63,242 bases of DNA, filler included, from an uncultured bacterium (GCA_964372275.1; 2 parts of 2 records of this genome joined end to end with filler, not necessarily neighbours in it); one strand, 5' to 3'; counted from the first letter of the whole stretch, positions 19,646 to 29,642 are shown. Program-made: numbers and translations. Notes: generated by a model not told the origin, from the sequence alone.

Positions 19646-21004
19646 TCAGCGGCGGAAGACCTCCCGCCACGACGACGGGTCGTCCGCGTCGAACGGAACG
19701 ACGTCGATCCGGCGAACCGCCGGAAGGTCGGAGAGCGGACCGATCAGTCCGTCGGCGGTGCAGACCAGCACGAGCGCCATCCCCTCCTCCGGAACGGCGC
19801 GGGCGGCGGCGGCGTTGGCGGCGTCGAGCGACGTCGATTCGATCGACGCGACGGTCCGTGCCGTCCAGTCGTCGGGGAGGCCGAGCAGGATCTCGTGCAT
19901 CCGCCGGCCGACGAGCTGTTCGGGGGTCTCGGTCTCGAAGGCGAGCGAATGGAGGAGATGTCCACGGGCGAGTTCGAGCTCGTCCGGGCGGAGCCCCTCG
20001 CATCGGAAGGCGGCGATCAGATCGAGGAGGAGTCGAACGCAGGCGACGGTGTCGTCCCGGCCGGGGAAGGTCCAGACGCCGCCCAGCGCCGCTCCCCGGG
20101 TCGGTTCGAAGCGGCTGTGCGCCCCGTAGGACCAGCCGCGCTTCACCCGCACCTCCTGCATCAGCCGCGCGGTGAAGGTGCCGCCGAAGGCGTGGTTGGC
20201 GACGACGAACGGGAGGAAGTCGGGGTCGGCGGGGTGGAGCGACGGCCACCCGAGGAACAGTTGGGTCTGGCTTCGTTCGGGCTTGTCGACGAGGAGCAGT
20301 TCGACGCCGCGGAGCGGACGCGCGTCGGTGGGCGGCGCCGGATCGATCGTCCCCGCCGGGAGCGAGCCGAGGTACCGCTCGAGCAGGCGCTCGGCGCGGT
20401 CGATCGGGATGCCGCCGGCCACGCCGGCGATCGTCCGGAGCGAGGTCCGCGACTCGCGCCAACAGGCGACGACGTCGTCGCGGGTCAGGAGCGGCAGGTC
20501 GCGTCCCGTGCCGCCGACGAAGCGGCCGTAGGGGTTCGCGCCGTACACCGCGCGGTGGAGAAAGGCCCCTCCCAGCGCCTCGTCCTCCTCGCGGAACAGG
20601 GCCAACTCCGCCACCAGCTCCGACCGCGCCCGCTCCAGCTCGCGCTCGTCGAACGCCGGCTCGAGCAACATCTCGAAGAAGCGGTCGGCGAACGGCTCGA
20701 GGTTCCGCGCCAACACCTGGCCGCCGAGTCGGATCGCCTCACGGTCGGCGGAGGCCTGAAACAGACCGCCGAGCGTCTCCACTTCGTCGGCCAGACGGGC
20801 GCGCGTCCGGGTGCGGGTCCCCCGCTCCAACATCCGGGCGGTGAGCGCCGCGCGCCCCTCCTTGCCGGGCGGATCGGCGCCGGCGCCTCCGCGCAAGTCG
20901 ATCCGTAGCGTGACGAGGGGGAATCCGTCGCGCGCCGCGTGCGCCATCGGGACTTGGGCGATCCGCCGCTGCTCCGCCGTCCGGACGCTGCGAGGGGCGG
21001 CCAC
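19646..21004 (-). CDS. M16B peptidase, non-catalytic subunit
   Basis: M16 fold motifs (RLMQEVRVKRGWSYG) without HxxEH. Confidence 0.85.
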   Translation of the reverse strand: MAAPRSVRTAEQRRIAQVPMAHAARDGFPLVTLRIDLRGGAGADPPGKEGRAALTARMLERGTRTRTRARLADEVETLGGLFQASADREAIRLGGQVLARNLEPFADRFFEMLLEPAFDERELERARSELVAELALFREEDEALGGAFLHRAVYGANPYGRFVGGTGRDLPLLTRDDVVACWRESRTSLRTIAGVAGGIPIDRAERLLERYLGSLPAGTIDPAPPTDARPLRGVELLLVDKPERSQTQLFLGWPSLHPADPDFLPFVVANHAFGGTFTARLMQEVRVKRGWSYGAHSRFEPTRGAALGGVWTFPGRDDTVACVRLLLDLIAAFRCEGLRPDELELARGHLLHSLAFETETPEQLVGRRMHEILLGLPDDWTARTVASIESTSLDAANAAAARAVPEEGMALVLVCTADGLIGPLSDLPAVRRIDVVPFDADDPSSWREVFRR

Positions 21005-21008
21005 GGAC

Positions 21009-22298
21009 CTACTCCCCCTCCTCGGGCCGGGCGACGACGGTGGCTCGCCGGGCGCCGAGCCACCGCCGGGCGACGCGCCGGACGTCCTCCGCGCCCACGG
21101 CGCGGATGCGATCCACCTCCTCCAACAGGCGCCCGGCGTCGCCGGTCGTCACCGCCCAGCTCCCCAGGAGTTCCGCCTTCTCCGCGGCCGTCCGCATCGA
21201 CGCGAACAGGCCCAGCTCTGCCTGGTTGCGTGCCTTCTCCAGCTCGTCGCCGGAGAGGTCGGCATCGCGCAGTCGGGCGAGCTCCTCTTCCAGCACCCGC
21301 TCCGCGTCCGCCGCCGCGTGGCCGGGCCGAATCTCGATCGTCACCTCGAACAGGCCGGGATGCCGGAACGGGGTGAGCGAGCTCTCCACCTCGGCGGCGA
21401 TGGCGAGATCGTCGACCAGCCGGCGCCGGAGACGCGCCGAGTTCCCGCCGAACGCGGTGAGCTCCAGCACCAGCAGCGCCGCCCGGTCGGGCTCCCCCAG
21501 CGCCGGACCCGGGTAGCCGATCACGAGCTTCTCGTTCTCGATCGGGAGCCGCACCTCCCGCCGCCGCCCCGCCGGCGGACCCTCCACCGCAAATCGGCGC
21601 GGTGGGATCGGCTGCGCGGCGATCCCGCCGTAGTGACGGTCGATCGTCTCGCGGACCGCCGCCCCCTCGACGTTTCCGACGACGACGAGCGTCGCGTTGT
21701 TCGGGGCGTACCAGACGCGATAGAAGTCGAGACAGTCCTCGCGTCGGATGGCGCGGATGTCGCGCTCCCAGCCGATCGTCGGCCAGCCGTAGGGGTGACG
21801 CTCGAACGCGGCGGCGTAGAGCATCTCGGAGAGCGTTCCGTCGGGGAGGTCGTCGACGCGATAGCGCCGCTCGTTCAACACCACCTCGCGCTCCGATTCG
21901 ACCTGCGAATCGTCGAGGCGGAGGTTCGCCATCCGATCGGCCTCGAGGAGCGCGACCAGCTCCAGGTTCCCCGCTTCGGCCGGCAGCCCGGAGGTGTAGT
22001 AGGTCCAATCGACCCACGTGGCGGCGTTCGTCGATCCGCCTCTCGCCTCCAGGATGCGGTCGAACTCCCCGTCGGAGAGGGTCTTCGTGGCACGGAACAG
22101 GAGATGCTCGAAGAGATGCGCCATGCCCGTCTTGCCCGGGGCCTCGTCGGCGCTCCCGACGTCGAACCAGGTCTGGTAGGCGAAGACCGGCGCCTGCCGG
22201 TCCTCGTGCAGGAGGAGCGTCAGACCGTTGTCGAAGCGCCACTGCTCGACCGGCGACGTCGAGCCGGCGAACGGGATCGACCGGACGAGCCGGGGCAT
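21009..22298 (-). CDS. M16B peptidase, catalytic subunit
   Basis: GMAHLFEH, NAAT, EREVVLNER; ATG at 22298 coupled to the hslO stop. Confidence 0.92.
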   Translation of the reverse strand: MPRLVRSIPFAGSTSPVEQWRFDNGLTLLLHEDRQAPVFAYQTWFDVGSADEAPGKTGMAHLFEHLLFRATKTLSDGEFDRILEARGGSTNAATWVDWTYYTSGLPAEAGNLELVALLEADRMANLRLDDSQVESEREVVLNERRYRVDDLPDGTLSEMLYAAAFERHPYGWPTIGWERDIRAIRREDCLDFYRVWYAPNNATLVVVGNVEGAAVRETIDRHYGGIAAQPIPPRRFAVEGPPAGRRREVRLPIENEKLVIGYPGPALGEPDRAALLVLELTAFGGNSARLRRRLVDDLAIAAEVESSLTPFRHPGLFEVTIEIRPGHAAADAERVLEEELARLRDADLSGDELEKARNQAELGLFASMRTAAEKAELLGSWAVTTGDAGRLLEEVDRIRAVGAEDVRRVARRWLGARRATVVARPEEGE

Positions 22299-23191
22299 CA
22301 GTTCTTGGGGCCGTGGAAGGTCGCGAGCAGCACGTCGAGCTCGGCGCGATCGATGCGATAGTGCTCGTTGCAGAAGCGGCACACGACCTCGGCCTGGCCG
22401 TCCTCGGCGCGCATCTTCTGGAGCTCCTCGGCGCCGATCATGCGCAGCGTGTCGACCACCTTCTCGCGCGAGCAGGCGCACTGGAAACGGAGGTCGGCGC
22501 GTTGCAGGATCCGGTACGGGGACTCGTGCGCGACGGCGTTCATCAGCGTCTCGATGGCGAGCTCCGGAGTCGAGCCGTCGTGGAGAATGGACGCGCGCCC
22601 CCCCTGCCCGTCGAGCACCGCCTTGTAGGCGTCGAACTTCTCGAGCGACGCTCCCGGTAGCGCCTGGATCAGGATTCCGCAGGCGTTGGCGATGGCGCGG
22701 TCGGGCAGGAATCCGGCATGGAGCGCCATCGCCGAGAAGACCTGTTCCGACTGGGTGAGGTAGGCGCCGACGTCGCTCCCCACTTCGCCGGCAAAGAGCG
22801 GAACGGTGCCGCGCGAGAGGACCTTGAGCGGGGTGCTTCGGATCACCAGGATCGTCCCCTCCCGTCCGAGCGGCGGCGGACCGCCGGGCGCATCGGGGAG
22901 GTCGGCATAGACCTGGGGATTGGAGATGAACCCGCGGAGGTTCCCGTTGGCGTCGGCGTCGGCCATCACCCCCCGCACCGGTCCGTTGGAGGTGATCTGG
23001 AGGGAGAGCTTCTCCTCGCCCGACAGGGGGGTCGACAGGAGCGACGCCGCCGTCATCGTCTCGGAGAGGAGCCGGCTCGCCCCGGACGCGGTGGCGTGCC
23101 GGCGCCGTGCCTCGTTCGAGGTCTCGGTGGTGCAGGCGGCGACGAACCGGAACTCGCCGTCCTCCGTCATCCCCCGCACCAGATAGTCCAT
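22298..23191 (-). CDS. hslO: Hsp33 redox-regulated chaperone
   Basis: MDYLVRG N-terminus; CACS...CRFC zinc motif. Confidence 0.93.
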   Translation of the reverse strand: MDYLVRGMTEDGEFRFVAACTTETSNEARRRHATASGASRLLSETMTAASLLSTPLSGEEKLSLQITSNGPVRGVMADADANGNLRGFISNPQVYADLPDAPGGPPPLGREGTILVIRSTPLKVLSRGTVPLFAGEVGSDVGAYLTQSEQVFSAMALHAGFLPDRAIANACGILIQALPGASLEKFDAYKAVLDGQGGRASILHDGSTPELAIETLMNAVAHESPYRILQRADLRFQCACSREKVVDTLRMIGAEELQKMRAEDGQAEVVCRFCNEHYRIDRAELDVLLATFHGPKN

Positions 23192-23212
23192 GCAGTCAGT
23201 CTAACGGCGGCT

Positions 23213-23827
23213 CTAGCCCTTTCCCAGTGGGAGCGAGCGCTGCCGGGTCTCCCCCTCGGGGAGGCGGAAGCAGCGGCGGCATCGCGCTTCGTAGGCGTCG
23301 GTGCTCCCCACCAGCACCCTCGCCTCGCGGTTCACCAGGCGCTGGCTCCGGTTCGACGGGTTCCCGCAGACGACGCAGATGGCGAGGTTCTTGGTGATGA
23401 ACTCGGCGACCGCCAGCAGCTGCGGGATCGGCTCGAACGGCACGCCGCGCGAGTCCTGGTCGAGGCCGGAGACGATGACGCGAACCCCGAGGTCGGCCAT
23501 CCGCTCGCAGATCTCCACCAGGTCGAGTCCGAAGAACTGCGCCTCGTCGATGCCGACCACGTCGAACGCCGGCTTGGCCCTCGATCCGCCGACCGCGTTC
23601 CATACGTCGACCGCCTCTCCGACCGCGGTCGACGGGATGCGGCGCGCGTCGTGACTCACGATGGCATCGACGGCGTACCGGTCGTCGATCTTCGGCTTGA
23701 ACACCGCCACGCGCTGTTTTGCGATCTGGGCCAACCGCAGCCGGCGCATCAGCTCCTCGGTCTTGCCCGAGAACATGCTGCCGCAGATCACCTCGATCCA
23801 GCCGATCTCCCGTGGAGCGATGTTCAT
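23213..23827 (-). CDS. tdk: Thymidine kinase
   Basis: GSMFSGKTEEL, IDEAQF, CVVC...YEARCRRC. Confidence 0.95.
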   Translation of the reverse strand: MNIAPREIGWIEVICGSMFSGKTEELMRRLRLAQIAKQRVAVFKPKIDDRYAVDAIVSHDARRIPSTAVGEAVDVWNAVGGSRAKPAFDVVGIDEAQFFGLDLVEICERMADLGVRVIVSGLDQDSRGVPFEPIPQLLAVAEFITKNLAICVVCGNPSNRSQRLVNREARVLVGSTDAYEARCRRCFRLPEGETRQRSLPLGKG

Positions 23828-23838
23828 CGACCGTCCTG

Positions 23839-24582
23839 TCAGATCCCCAGTTTCAGCCGCTCGGTGAGGAACGGGTGGATCTTCGCCGCCTCGTTCTTCC
23901 GCACCGCACCGTCGATGTCGTACACGACCCGCAGGAAGACGGCGGTCGACTCCGCGTCGTCGAAGATCACGAACGAGGAGAGCGGCCGCCCGTCCCGAGG
24001 CTGTCCGACGCTGCCCGGATTGACCAGGAAAAGGTGGCCGTCCTTGAGCCGGAAGGTGTCCCCTTCCCGCTCGACGCCGGCCGGTCCGTCGGCGCTGATC
24101 AACGCCGGATAGTGCGTGTGGCCGAAGAAGACCAGCCGGATCGCCGGATTCGACTCGCGCACGTGCCGCACGTTCACGTCGAGATCGAACGGCGTGAGGA
24201 TGTACTCGTTCTGATCGCGCGGACTGCCGTGCACCAGGAGCGTGCGCTCGTCGAGCGGCGCGCTCTGCGGGAGCTTCTCCAGCCAGGCCCGGTTCTCCTC
24301 GGTCAGCACCCCGCGGGTCCAGCGGATCGCCGAATCGGCGGCGGCGTTGAAGTCGAGATCGGCCGGATCGGCCAGGCCCGCCGCCACGAAGTCGTGGTTC
24401 CCCTGGATCGTCAGCGCCGACGCCGCGCGGATGCGGGCGGCCGTCTCGTTGGGGCTCGCGTTGTAGCCGACGACGTCCCCGAGGCAGCAGATGCGGTCGA
24501 CCTTCTGGCGCTCCGCCTCGCGGAGACACGCCTCGAGGGCCTCCTGGTTGGCGTGGATGTCGGAGAGGACGGCGGTGCGCAT
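23839..24582 (-). CDS. Calcineurin-like metallophosphoesterase
   Basis: SDIHAN, GDVVGY, GNHD, HGSP, GHTH, NPGSVGQPRD. Confidence 0.92.
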   Translation of the reverse strand: MRTAVLSDIHANQEALEACLREAERQKVDRICCLGDVVGYNASPNETAARIRAASALTIQGNHDFVAAGLADPADLDFNAAADSAIRWTRGVLTEENRAWLEKLPQSAPLDERTLLVHGSPRDQNEYILTPFDLDVNVRHVRESNPAIRLVFFGHTHYPALISADGPAGVEREGDTFRLKDGHLFLVNPGSVGQPRDGRPLSSFVIFDDAESTAVFLRVVYDIDGAVRKNEAAKIHPFLTERLKLGI

Positions 24583-24666
24583 GGGATTTTGAAGAGGCGA
24601 AGGGCCGCTACGTTACCACGCGGGGGCGATCCGCCACGAAAACCGGCGGCGGCGGTGCGCGTCAAG

Positions 24667-24836
24667 GGTGGATAACCACGTGGAACCCGCTCCCGGCCGG
24701 GTTCCACGCATCTCCTCGTGTAAGAACCGGTTCGCGAAGAGGTTTTTCGATCGTCCCGCCGTCCCCGAAGGGGCGGGGCCTCGAAAAGGAAGGCGCTTCG
24801 ACGAGGAATCCACAGTATTCACCCCGGTTGTCCACA
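24667..24836. promoter_or_regulatory. Cluster of DnaA-box-like 9-mers and a parS-like partial palindrome
   Basis: TTATCCACC (minus, 24667-24675), GAATCCACA (24806), GTATTCACC (24815), TTGTCCACA (24828); CCACGTGGAAC at 24676. Confidence 0.35.
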
Positions 24837-24839
24837 GAG

Positions 24840-27632
24840 TCATCCCACCCTGGACAACAGGTCGGCGCGAAGGCGCTCGATCGCCGCCGGGTCGGTCACC
24901 TTCCCGCCGCCGACCCGGCGCACGTAGAAAGAGTCGGCGACCTGATCGACCTTGGTCGAGACGATGGCGACGCCGATGTCCAGTCCGAGGGTCGTCAGCC
25001 CCGAGGCGATGTCGAACAGGAGACCGAGGCGGTCGATCGCGTAGACGTCGACCACGGTGCTGTCGGCCGACGCGTCGTTGTGGATCTCGACGCGCGGCGG
25101 CTTCCCGGGGGGACGAGGGGCGCGGTAGCTCGGCGGACTCCGCTTCTGGATCAGCTCGGACGCCGTCTGCTTCCCGGTCAGCACCCACAGAAGGTCCCGC
25201 ACCATGCGATCGACGGCGAGCAGGTCGACCGGACCGCCGTCGGGCCCGACCACGTCGAAGCGGTCGATGGCGATCCCGTCGGCCGCGGTGTGGATGCGCG
25301 CCGTCCGGATCGACATGCCGGCCGCCGCCAAGCTTCCCGCGAGGTCGGCGAACAGGCCGGCCCGGTCGGCCGCCTGGAACGTGATCTCGGTGGCGCGGCC
25401 CCCGCCGACCACCCGGGCTTGCACCCGCAATCCGGTCGCGGACGGAAGCTCGCCGAGGAGGAAGTCGTCGACGACGCTTTCGGGGTGGGTGGCGACGAAA
25501 TAGCGCTCGGGCAGGTTCGCCAGGAACCGGTCGAAGCGCTCCGCGTCCACCGTGCGGCGGCGCTCGGCCAAGAGCCGGCGCGCCGCTTCGGAGGTCGCCG
25601 CGCGGCGTTGCTTCGCCTCGTCGCGGACGGCGGTCGCCCCCTGCTCCAGCAGCAGCGTCGTGCGTTGGTAGAGCTCGCGCAGCAGGGCCCCCTTCCAGTC
25701 GGTGTAGGTCGTGGGTCCCACGCTGGCGATGTCGCAAACGGTCAAGGCGTAGAGCAGCCGCAGTCGCTCGATCGTTCCTACCTTGGCCGCGAACCCGGCG
25801 ATCGTTTCCGGGTCCGAGAGGTCGCGGCGCTGGGCCACGTGGCTCATCAGCAGGTGCTGCTCCATCAGAAAGTGGACGTCCTCCCGCTCGGATCCGGAGA
25901 GCCGGAGTTGCGCGGCGATGCGCGGGAGCATCCGCAGCCCGGCCTCGGTGTGTCCGCGTTCGCTCTTCCCGACGTCGTGCAGGAAGCTGCCGAGAACCAG
26001 TACGCGTGGCGGAAGGCCCTTGGCGATCTCGTCGAGCACCGGCTCCCGCGCCCGGAAGGCGCCGCCGCGCAGGCGGTGCGCGTTCGCCGCGGCGAGCACC
26101 AGGTGCGTGTCGCAGGTGTAGACGTGGTAGGTGTCGTGCTGCACCCGGCAGTAGAGCGCTTCGAACTCCGGGAGGACGGCGGCGAGCGCTCCGAGGTCGT
26201 TCATTTCGAGGAGCGCCCGTTCGAGGCCGTCGCCGTCCGGAACGAGCAGCAACGACCAGAAGGCATCGACCACCTCCGCCCGATCGCGGTTCTCGGCGAG
26301 AAGGCGCCTCGACGCGCGCACCGTCTCGCGGGCCTCGGGATGGAGAGGCAGGCGCATCGCCGCGGCGACCTCGAACAGACGGATCAGCGCCACCGCGGAC
26401 GGTTCCGTGCTTCGCGCCCGTCGGGGGCCTCCCCCGGTTGACGGTTCCGCGCTTCGCGCTCGTCGGGGGCCTCCCCCGGTTGACGGTTCCGCGCTTCGCG
26501 CTCGTCGGGGGCCTCCCCCGGTTCCCCCTGCTGCGCGGTCGGCGAAGGTCAGGCGTCCGCGGCGGACGCGGAATCCGGCCGGCGCGCGCGCGCGCAGCGA
26601 TGAATCGCGCGGGCGCGAGGGGCGTGGGCCCAGGTCACGGGCCGCGCGGTGGAATCGCTCAGGGGCCCGGTCGACGACCAGTTGAAGGAAGCGCTGGATC
26701 GCCGCCATCGCCTGCGCGAGCGACTGCATGAACGGCTCGACGTCCGGAAACCCCAGGGCGGCGGCGGTCGCCGCCTGGCGGTCGAAGGAGAGGCGGTCCT
26801 CCTTGCGGCCGGCGAGGCGGTGGAGCGCGGCGCGCGCGCGCAGCAGCCGCTCGAAGGCGGCGTCGTGCTCGGCCAGGTCGTCCGGTCGCACCCGATTGCG
26901 CGCGACCAACCCGGAAAGGTCGGTCCGCCACACGGCGCGGGCGATCCAGGCGGCGGTATGCGCATCGCGCAGTCCGCCTTCCCCCTCCTTGAGGTTCGGC
27001 TCGTTGCGGGACACGGCGGCTCCGAAGCGTTCCCGCCGCCGGCCGATCTCGGCCAGCTTCGCGGCGACGAACCCCGGCTCGTCGACCCGGAACAGCTTCC
27101 GCTCCAGCTCCGAGGCGAAACGGCGGTACAGGTCGGCATCGCCGGCGACGAAGCGGTGGTCGAGGAGCGACGAGCGGGCGGTGACCTCGGCCTTTCCGAC
27201 CGCGATGCACTCCGGGATCGTCCGTGCGGCGTGGCCGATCTCGAGGCCCGAGTCCCACAGCGCGTAGAGGACCTGCTCGACGACCGCGCGTGGCGCCGTC
27301 GCCTTCGTGCCGTCGGAGCCGGGGAAGACGAACAGCAGGTCGACGTCGGATTTGGGGGAGAGCTCTGCGCGGCCATATCCGCCGACGGCCACCAGCGCCA
27401 GGCCCGCCTCACGCGACGGGCGTCCGCGTTCGGCGATCCCGGGAAGCGACGGCTGCGCCAGCGCCTCGGAAAGTACGGTGGCGATCAGCCGGTCGACCCC
27501 CATCGCTCGGGCGCGCGCCTGCTCCCTCGCCAAACGCGTCTCTTCGGCGGCGGCGAGGTCCCGCTCGAGCGCGGCGACACGCTCCTTCAGCCGCTCACCA
27601 CGATCGTCCTCCGGCGCGCTCGAACGGTTCAC
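24840..27632 (-). CDS. glnD: [protein-PII] uridylyltransferase
   Basis: AVGGYGR...SDVDLL nucleotidyltransferase motif, EPNLKEGEGGLRD, HD domain (YHVYTCD, LHDVGK), two C-terminal ACT domains. Confidence 0.93.
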   Translation of the reverse strand: MNRSSAPEDDRGERLKERVAALERDLAAAEETRLAREQARARAMGVDRLIATVLSEALAQPSLPGIAERGRPSREAGLALVAVGGYGRAELSPKSDVDLLFVFPGSDGTKATAPRAVVEQVLYALWDSGLEIGHAARTIPECIAVGKAEVTARSSLLDHRFVAGDADLYRRFASELERKLFRVDEPGFVAAKLAEIGRRRERFGAAVSRNEPNLKEGEGGLRDAHTAAWIARAVWRTDLSGLVARNRVRPDDLAEHDAAFERLLRARAALHRLAGRKEDRLSFDRQAATAAALGFPDVEPFMQSLAQAMAAIQRFLQLVVDRAPERFHRAARDLGPRPSRPRDSSLRARAPAGFRVRRGRLTFADRAAGGTGGGPRRARSAEPSTGGGPRRARSAEPSTGGGPRRARSTEPSAVALIRLFEVAAAMRLPLHPEARETVRASRRLLAENRDRAEVVDAFWSLLLVPDGDGLERALLEMNDLGALAAVLPEFEALYCRVQHDTYHVYTCDTHLVLAAANAHRLRGGAFRAREPVLDEIAKGLPPRVLVLGSFLHDVGKSERGHTEAGLRMLPRIAAQLRLSGSEREDVHFLMEQHLLMSHVAQRRDLSDPETIAGFAAKVGTIERLRLLYALTVCDIASVGPTTYTDWKGALLRELYQRTTLLLEQGATAVRDEAKQRRAATSEAARRLLAERRRTVDAERFDRFLANLPERYFVATHPESVVDDFLLGELPSATGLRVQARVVGGGRATEITFQAADRAGLFADLAGSLAAAGMSIRTARIHTAADGIAIDRFDVVGPDGGPVDLLAVDRMVRDLLWVLTGKQTASELIQKRSPPSYRAPRPPGKPPRVEIHNDASADSTVVDVYAIDRLGLLFDIASGLTTLGLDIGVAIVSTKVDQVADSFYVRRVGGGKVTDPAAIERLRADLLSRVG
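26398..26523. repeat. 3 x 42-bp in-frame tandem repeat with internal hairpins, inside glnD
   Basis: Unit GACGGTTCCGCGCTTCGCGCTCGTCGGGGGCCTCCCCCGGTT at 26398, 26440 and 26482; encodes (GGGPRRARSAEPST)3. Confidence 0.95.
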
Positions 27633-29614
27633 GGTCCCTTGCTGGAGGCGGTCTTTCTCTTCGCGCCCGCCGTCGGTGGCTCGACGCTCCCGGCGCGCGA
27701 GTCGAGGTAGGCCGCCACGCCCTGCGCGACCGAGTCGGCGACCGCCAGCTGGTACTTCTCGTCGGAGAGCCGCTTCTCGTCGCGGGGGTTCGAGATGAAC
27801 GAGGTCTCGACCAGGATCGCCGGCATCTGCGCCGTGAGCAGGACGTAGAACAGCGCGCTCTTCACGCCATGGTCCTTCACCGACGGGTTGAAGCGCTTGA
27901 CCTCCCGGTGGAGCTTCCGCTGCACGCTGTCGGCCAGCTCCGCCGACATCCGGGTGTACTCACCGCGGATCAGTCCCGCAAGGATGCTCTCCAGGTTCGA
28001 CATCTTCTGCGGGCTTGTCGCGTTCTCGATGGCGGAGAGGCGGGCCGAAGCGGCGTCGGAGGCGGCGTCGGCGTAGTAGGTCTCGATCGCCGAAGTGCTC
28101 GTCCGACCCTCGGTCGAATTGCAGTGGATCGAGACGAACAGGTCCCCCTTCCCTTCGTTCGCGATCGCGCTGCGCTCCTCGAGCGCGAGGAAGGTGTCGT
28201 CCGACCGGGTGAGCACCGCGTCGTAGCCGAGATCGATCAGCTTCTTCTTGAGCTTCTTGGCGATCGAGAGGGTGACCACCTTTTCGCGCAGCCCGTGCAC
28301 GCCGATCGCACCGGGATCGTGCCCGCCGTGGCCGGCGTCGACGTAGATCCGGCCGAACTTGACGCCGAGCTGCTCGAAGAGACCGAAACCTCCGGGGTCG
28401 TCCGCCAGCCGCTCCGCCCGCTTCTCGAGCAGCTCGGCGGAGGCGGATCCGCTCTCTTCCGGTGTCGGGGCGGCGGTGGCATGGGCGGCGGGCGAGCGCG
28501 ACGGCGCCGACTTGGCGTTGACGTCGACGATGATCCGGAACGGATCGTCGAGCTGTACGATTTCGTACCGGTCGACCGAACCGACGTCGAGCACCACTCG
28601 CACCACCTCGGGTCCGAACTGGGCGACGCGGGCGCGCTGCAGGAGCCCATCGCCGATCGGGATCTCCCAGGCGTTGTCGAGCTTCGGCGCCTGGCCCTTC
28701 AACCCCTCTCCGACGCGGGCGCGGGAGAGGTCGAGGTAGATCCGCGGCGGCTTGTCGCCGTCGGCCGGAAGCTCGTGCGCCGTCCAGCCGACGCTTCCGC
28801 CGGCGTAGATCGCGACGCGCGTGTAGCCCTCGTTCGACCAGTGTTTCACCGCCGTCAGCGATTGGACTTCGGACGAGACCTCCCCGCCGCTCCGCGGCCG
28901 GGGCTTGGCCGCCGCTTCCGGGGCCGCGACCTTCGGCGCCGCGCCGCCTCCCATGGAGTTCGTCGCGGTCGCCGGCGTCGTCGATCCGGACCCAGGGGGT
29001 TCGGGGGAGGCCCCCGAGGAGCGCGACGCGCGGGCCGCCTCGGGGGAGGCCCCCGAGGAGCGCGACGCGCGGGCCGTGCGGGGCTCGAGCGCGAGTTGCC
29101 GCCGCGCGTCGTTGACCATGTCCCCCTTCGGGTAGCGCTCGATCAGCGAGGTGAGCGCCGTGACCTCGGCCTCGTGCTTGTTCAGCAGGTGGAGCGCTTT
29201 CGCCTCCCAGAACAGGGCGTCGTCGGCGTAGTTCGAGGAGGCGTGCTCCGCGCTCAGGGTTCGGAAGGAGCCGACGGCGCTCTCCAGGTCGGTGCGAAGC
29301 CGGGAGACGTCGTAGAGCTCGCTGTAGAGCGTCCCGACGTTGTAGAGGGCGTCGTCCGCGAAGCCGCTCTTCGGGTACCGCTCCGCGACCGCCTTGAACT
29401 GGTCGATCGTGTCCTGCCACGTGTGGCGAAACCGGCGCTTCTCTTCGGAGGCGGACTTGAGCTGGCGGTAGGACGACTGCGCGGCGGCGTAGGCCTCGGC
29501 GGGACCCTCCGCGGCCGCGGTCTTCGGGGACAGCCCCAGGAGGATCGCAATCGACGCGAACGCCCACGCGGGACCGGACGGTCGGGGTGGGGAGATCGTT
29601 CGCACGCGTCGCAC
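27629..29614 (-). CDS. N-acetylmuramoyl-L-alanine amidase (TPR + AMIN + Amidase_3)
   Basis: DAGHGGHDPG, FVSIHCN, ILVETSFISN; N-terminal TPR (YPKSGFADDAL). Confidence 0.92.
   Translation of the reverse strand: MRRVRTISPPRPSGPAWAFASIAILLGLSPKTAAAEGPAEAYAAAQSSYRQLKSASEEKRRFRHTWQDTIDQFKAVAERYPKSGFADDALYNVGTLYSELYDVSRLRTDLESAVGSFRTLSAEHASSNYADDALFWEAKALHLLNKHEAEVTALTSLIERYPKGDMVNDARRQLALEPRTARASRSSGASPEAARASRSSGASPEPPGSGSTTPATATNSMGGGAAPKVAAPEAAAKPRPRSGGEVSSEVQSLTAVKHWSNEGYTRVAIYAGGSVGWTAHELPADGDKPPRIYLDLSRARVGEGLKGQAPKLDNAWEIPIGDGLLQRARVAQFGPEVVRVVLDVGSVDRYEIVQLDDPFRIIVDVNAKSAPSRSPAAHATAAPTPEESGSASAELLEKRAERLADDPGGFGLFEQLGVKFGRIYVDAGHGGHDPGAIGVHGLREKVVTLSIAKKLKKKLIDLGYDAVLTRSDDTFLALEERSAIANEGKGDLFVSIHCNSTEGRTSTSAIETYYADAASDAASARLSAIENATSPQKMSNLESILAGLIRGEYTRMSAELADSVQRKLHREVKRFNPSVKDHGVKSALFYVLLTAQMPAILVETSFISNPRDEKRLSDEKYQLAVADSVAQGVAAYLDSRAGSVEPPTAGAKRKTASSKGP
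29001..29076. repeat. 2 x 39-bp in-frame tandem repeat inside the amidase, same family as the glnD repeat
   Basis: TCGGGGGAGGCCCCCGAGGAGCGCGACGCGCGGGCCG at 29001 and 29040. Confidence 0.9.
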
Positions 29615-29642
29615 GGATGGTACACCGTGCGGCGGCCGGTCG

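Noticed and set aside
19646-21004. M16 peptidase lacking HxxEH as a novel pseudoenzyme
   Set aside because: Normal non-catalytic partner of heterodimeric M16B peptidases; the catalytic subunit is the adjacent gene.
26398-26523. Possible CRISPR array
   Set aside because: The repeats are head-to-tail with no unique spacers, lie in-frame within glnD, and no cas genes are present.
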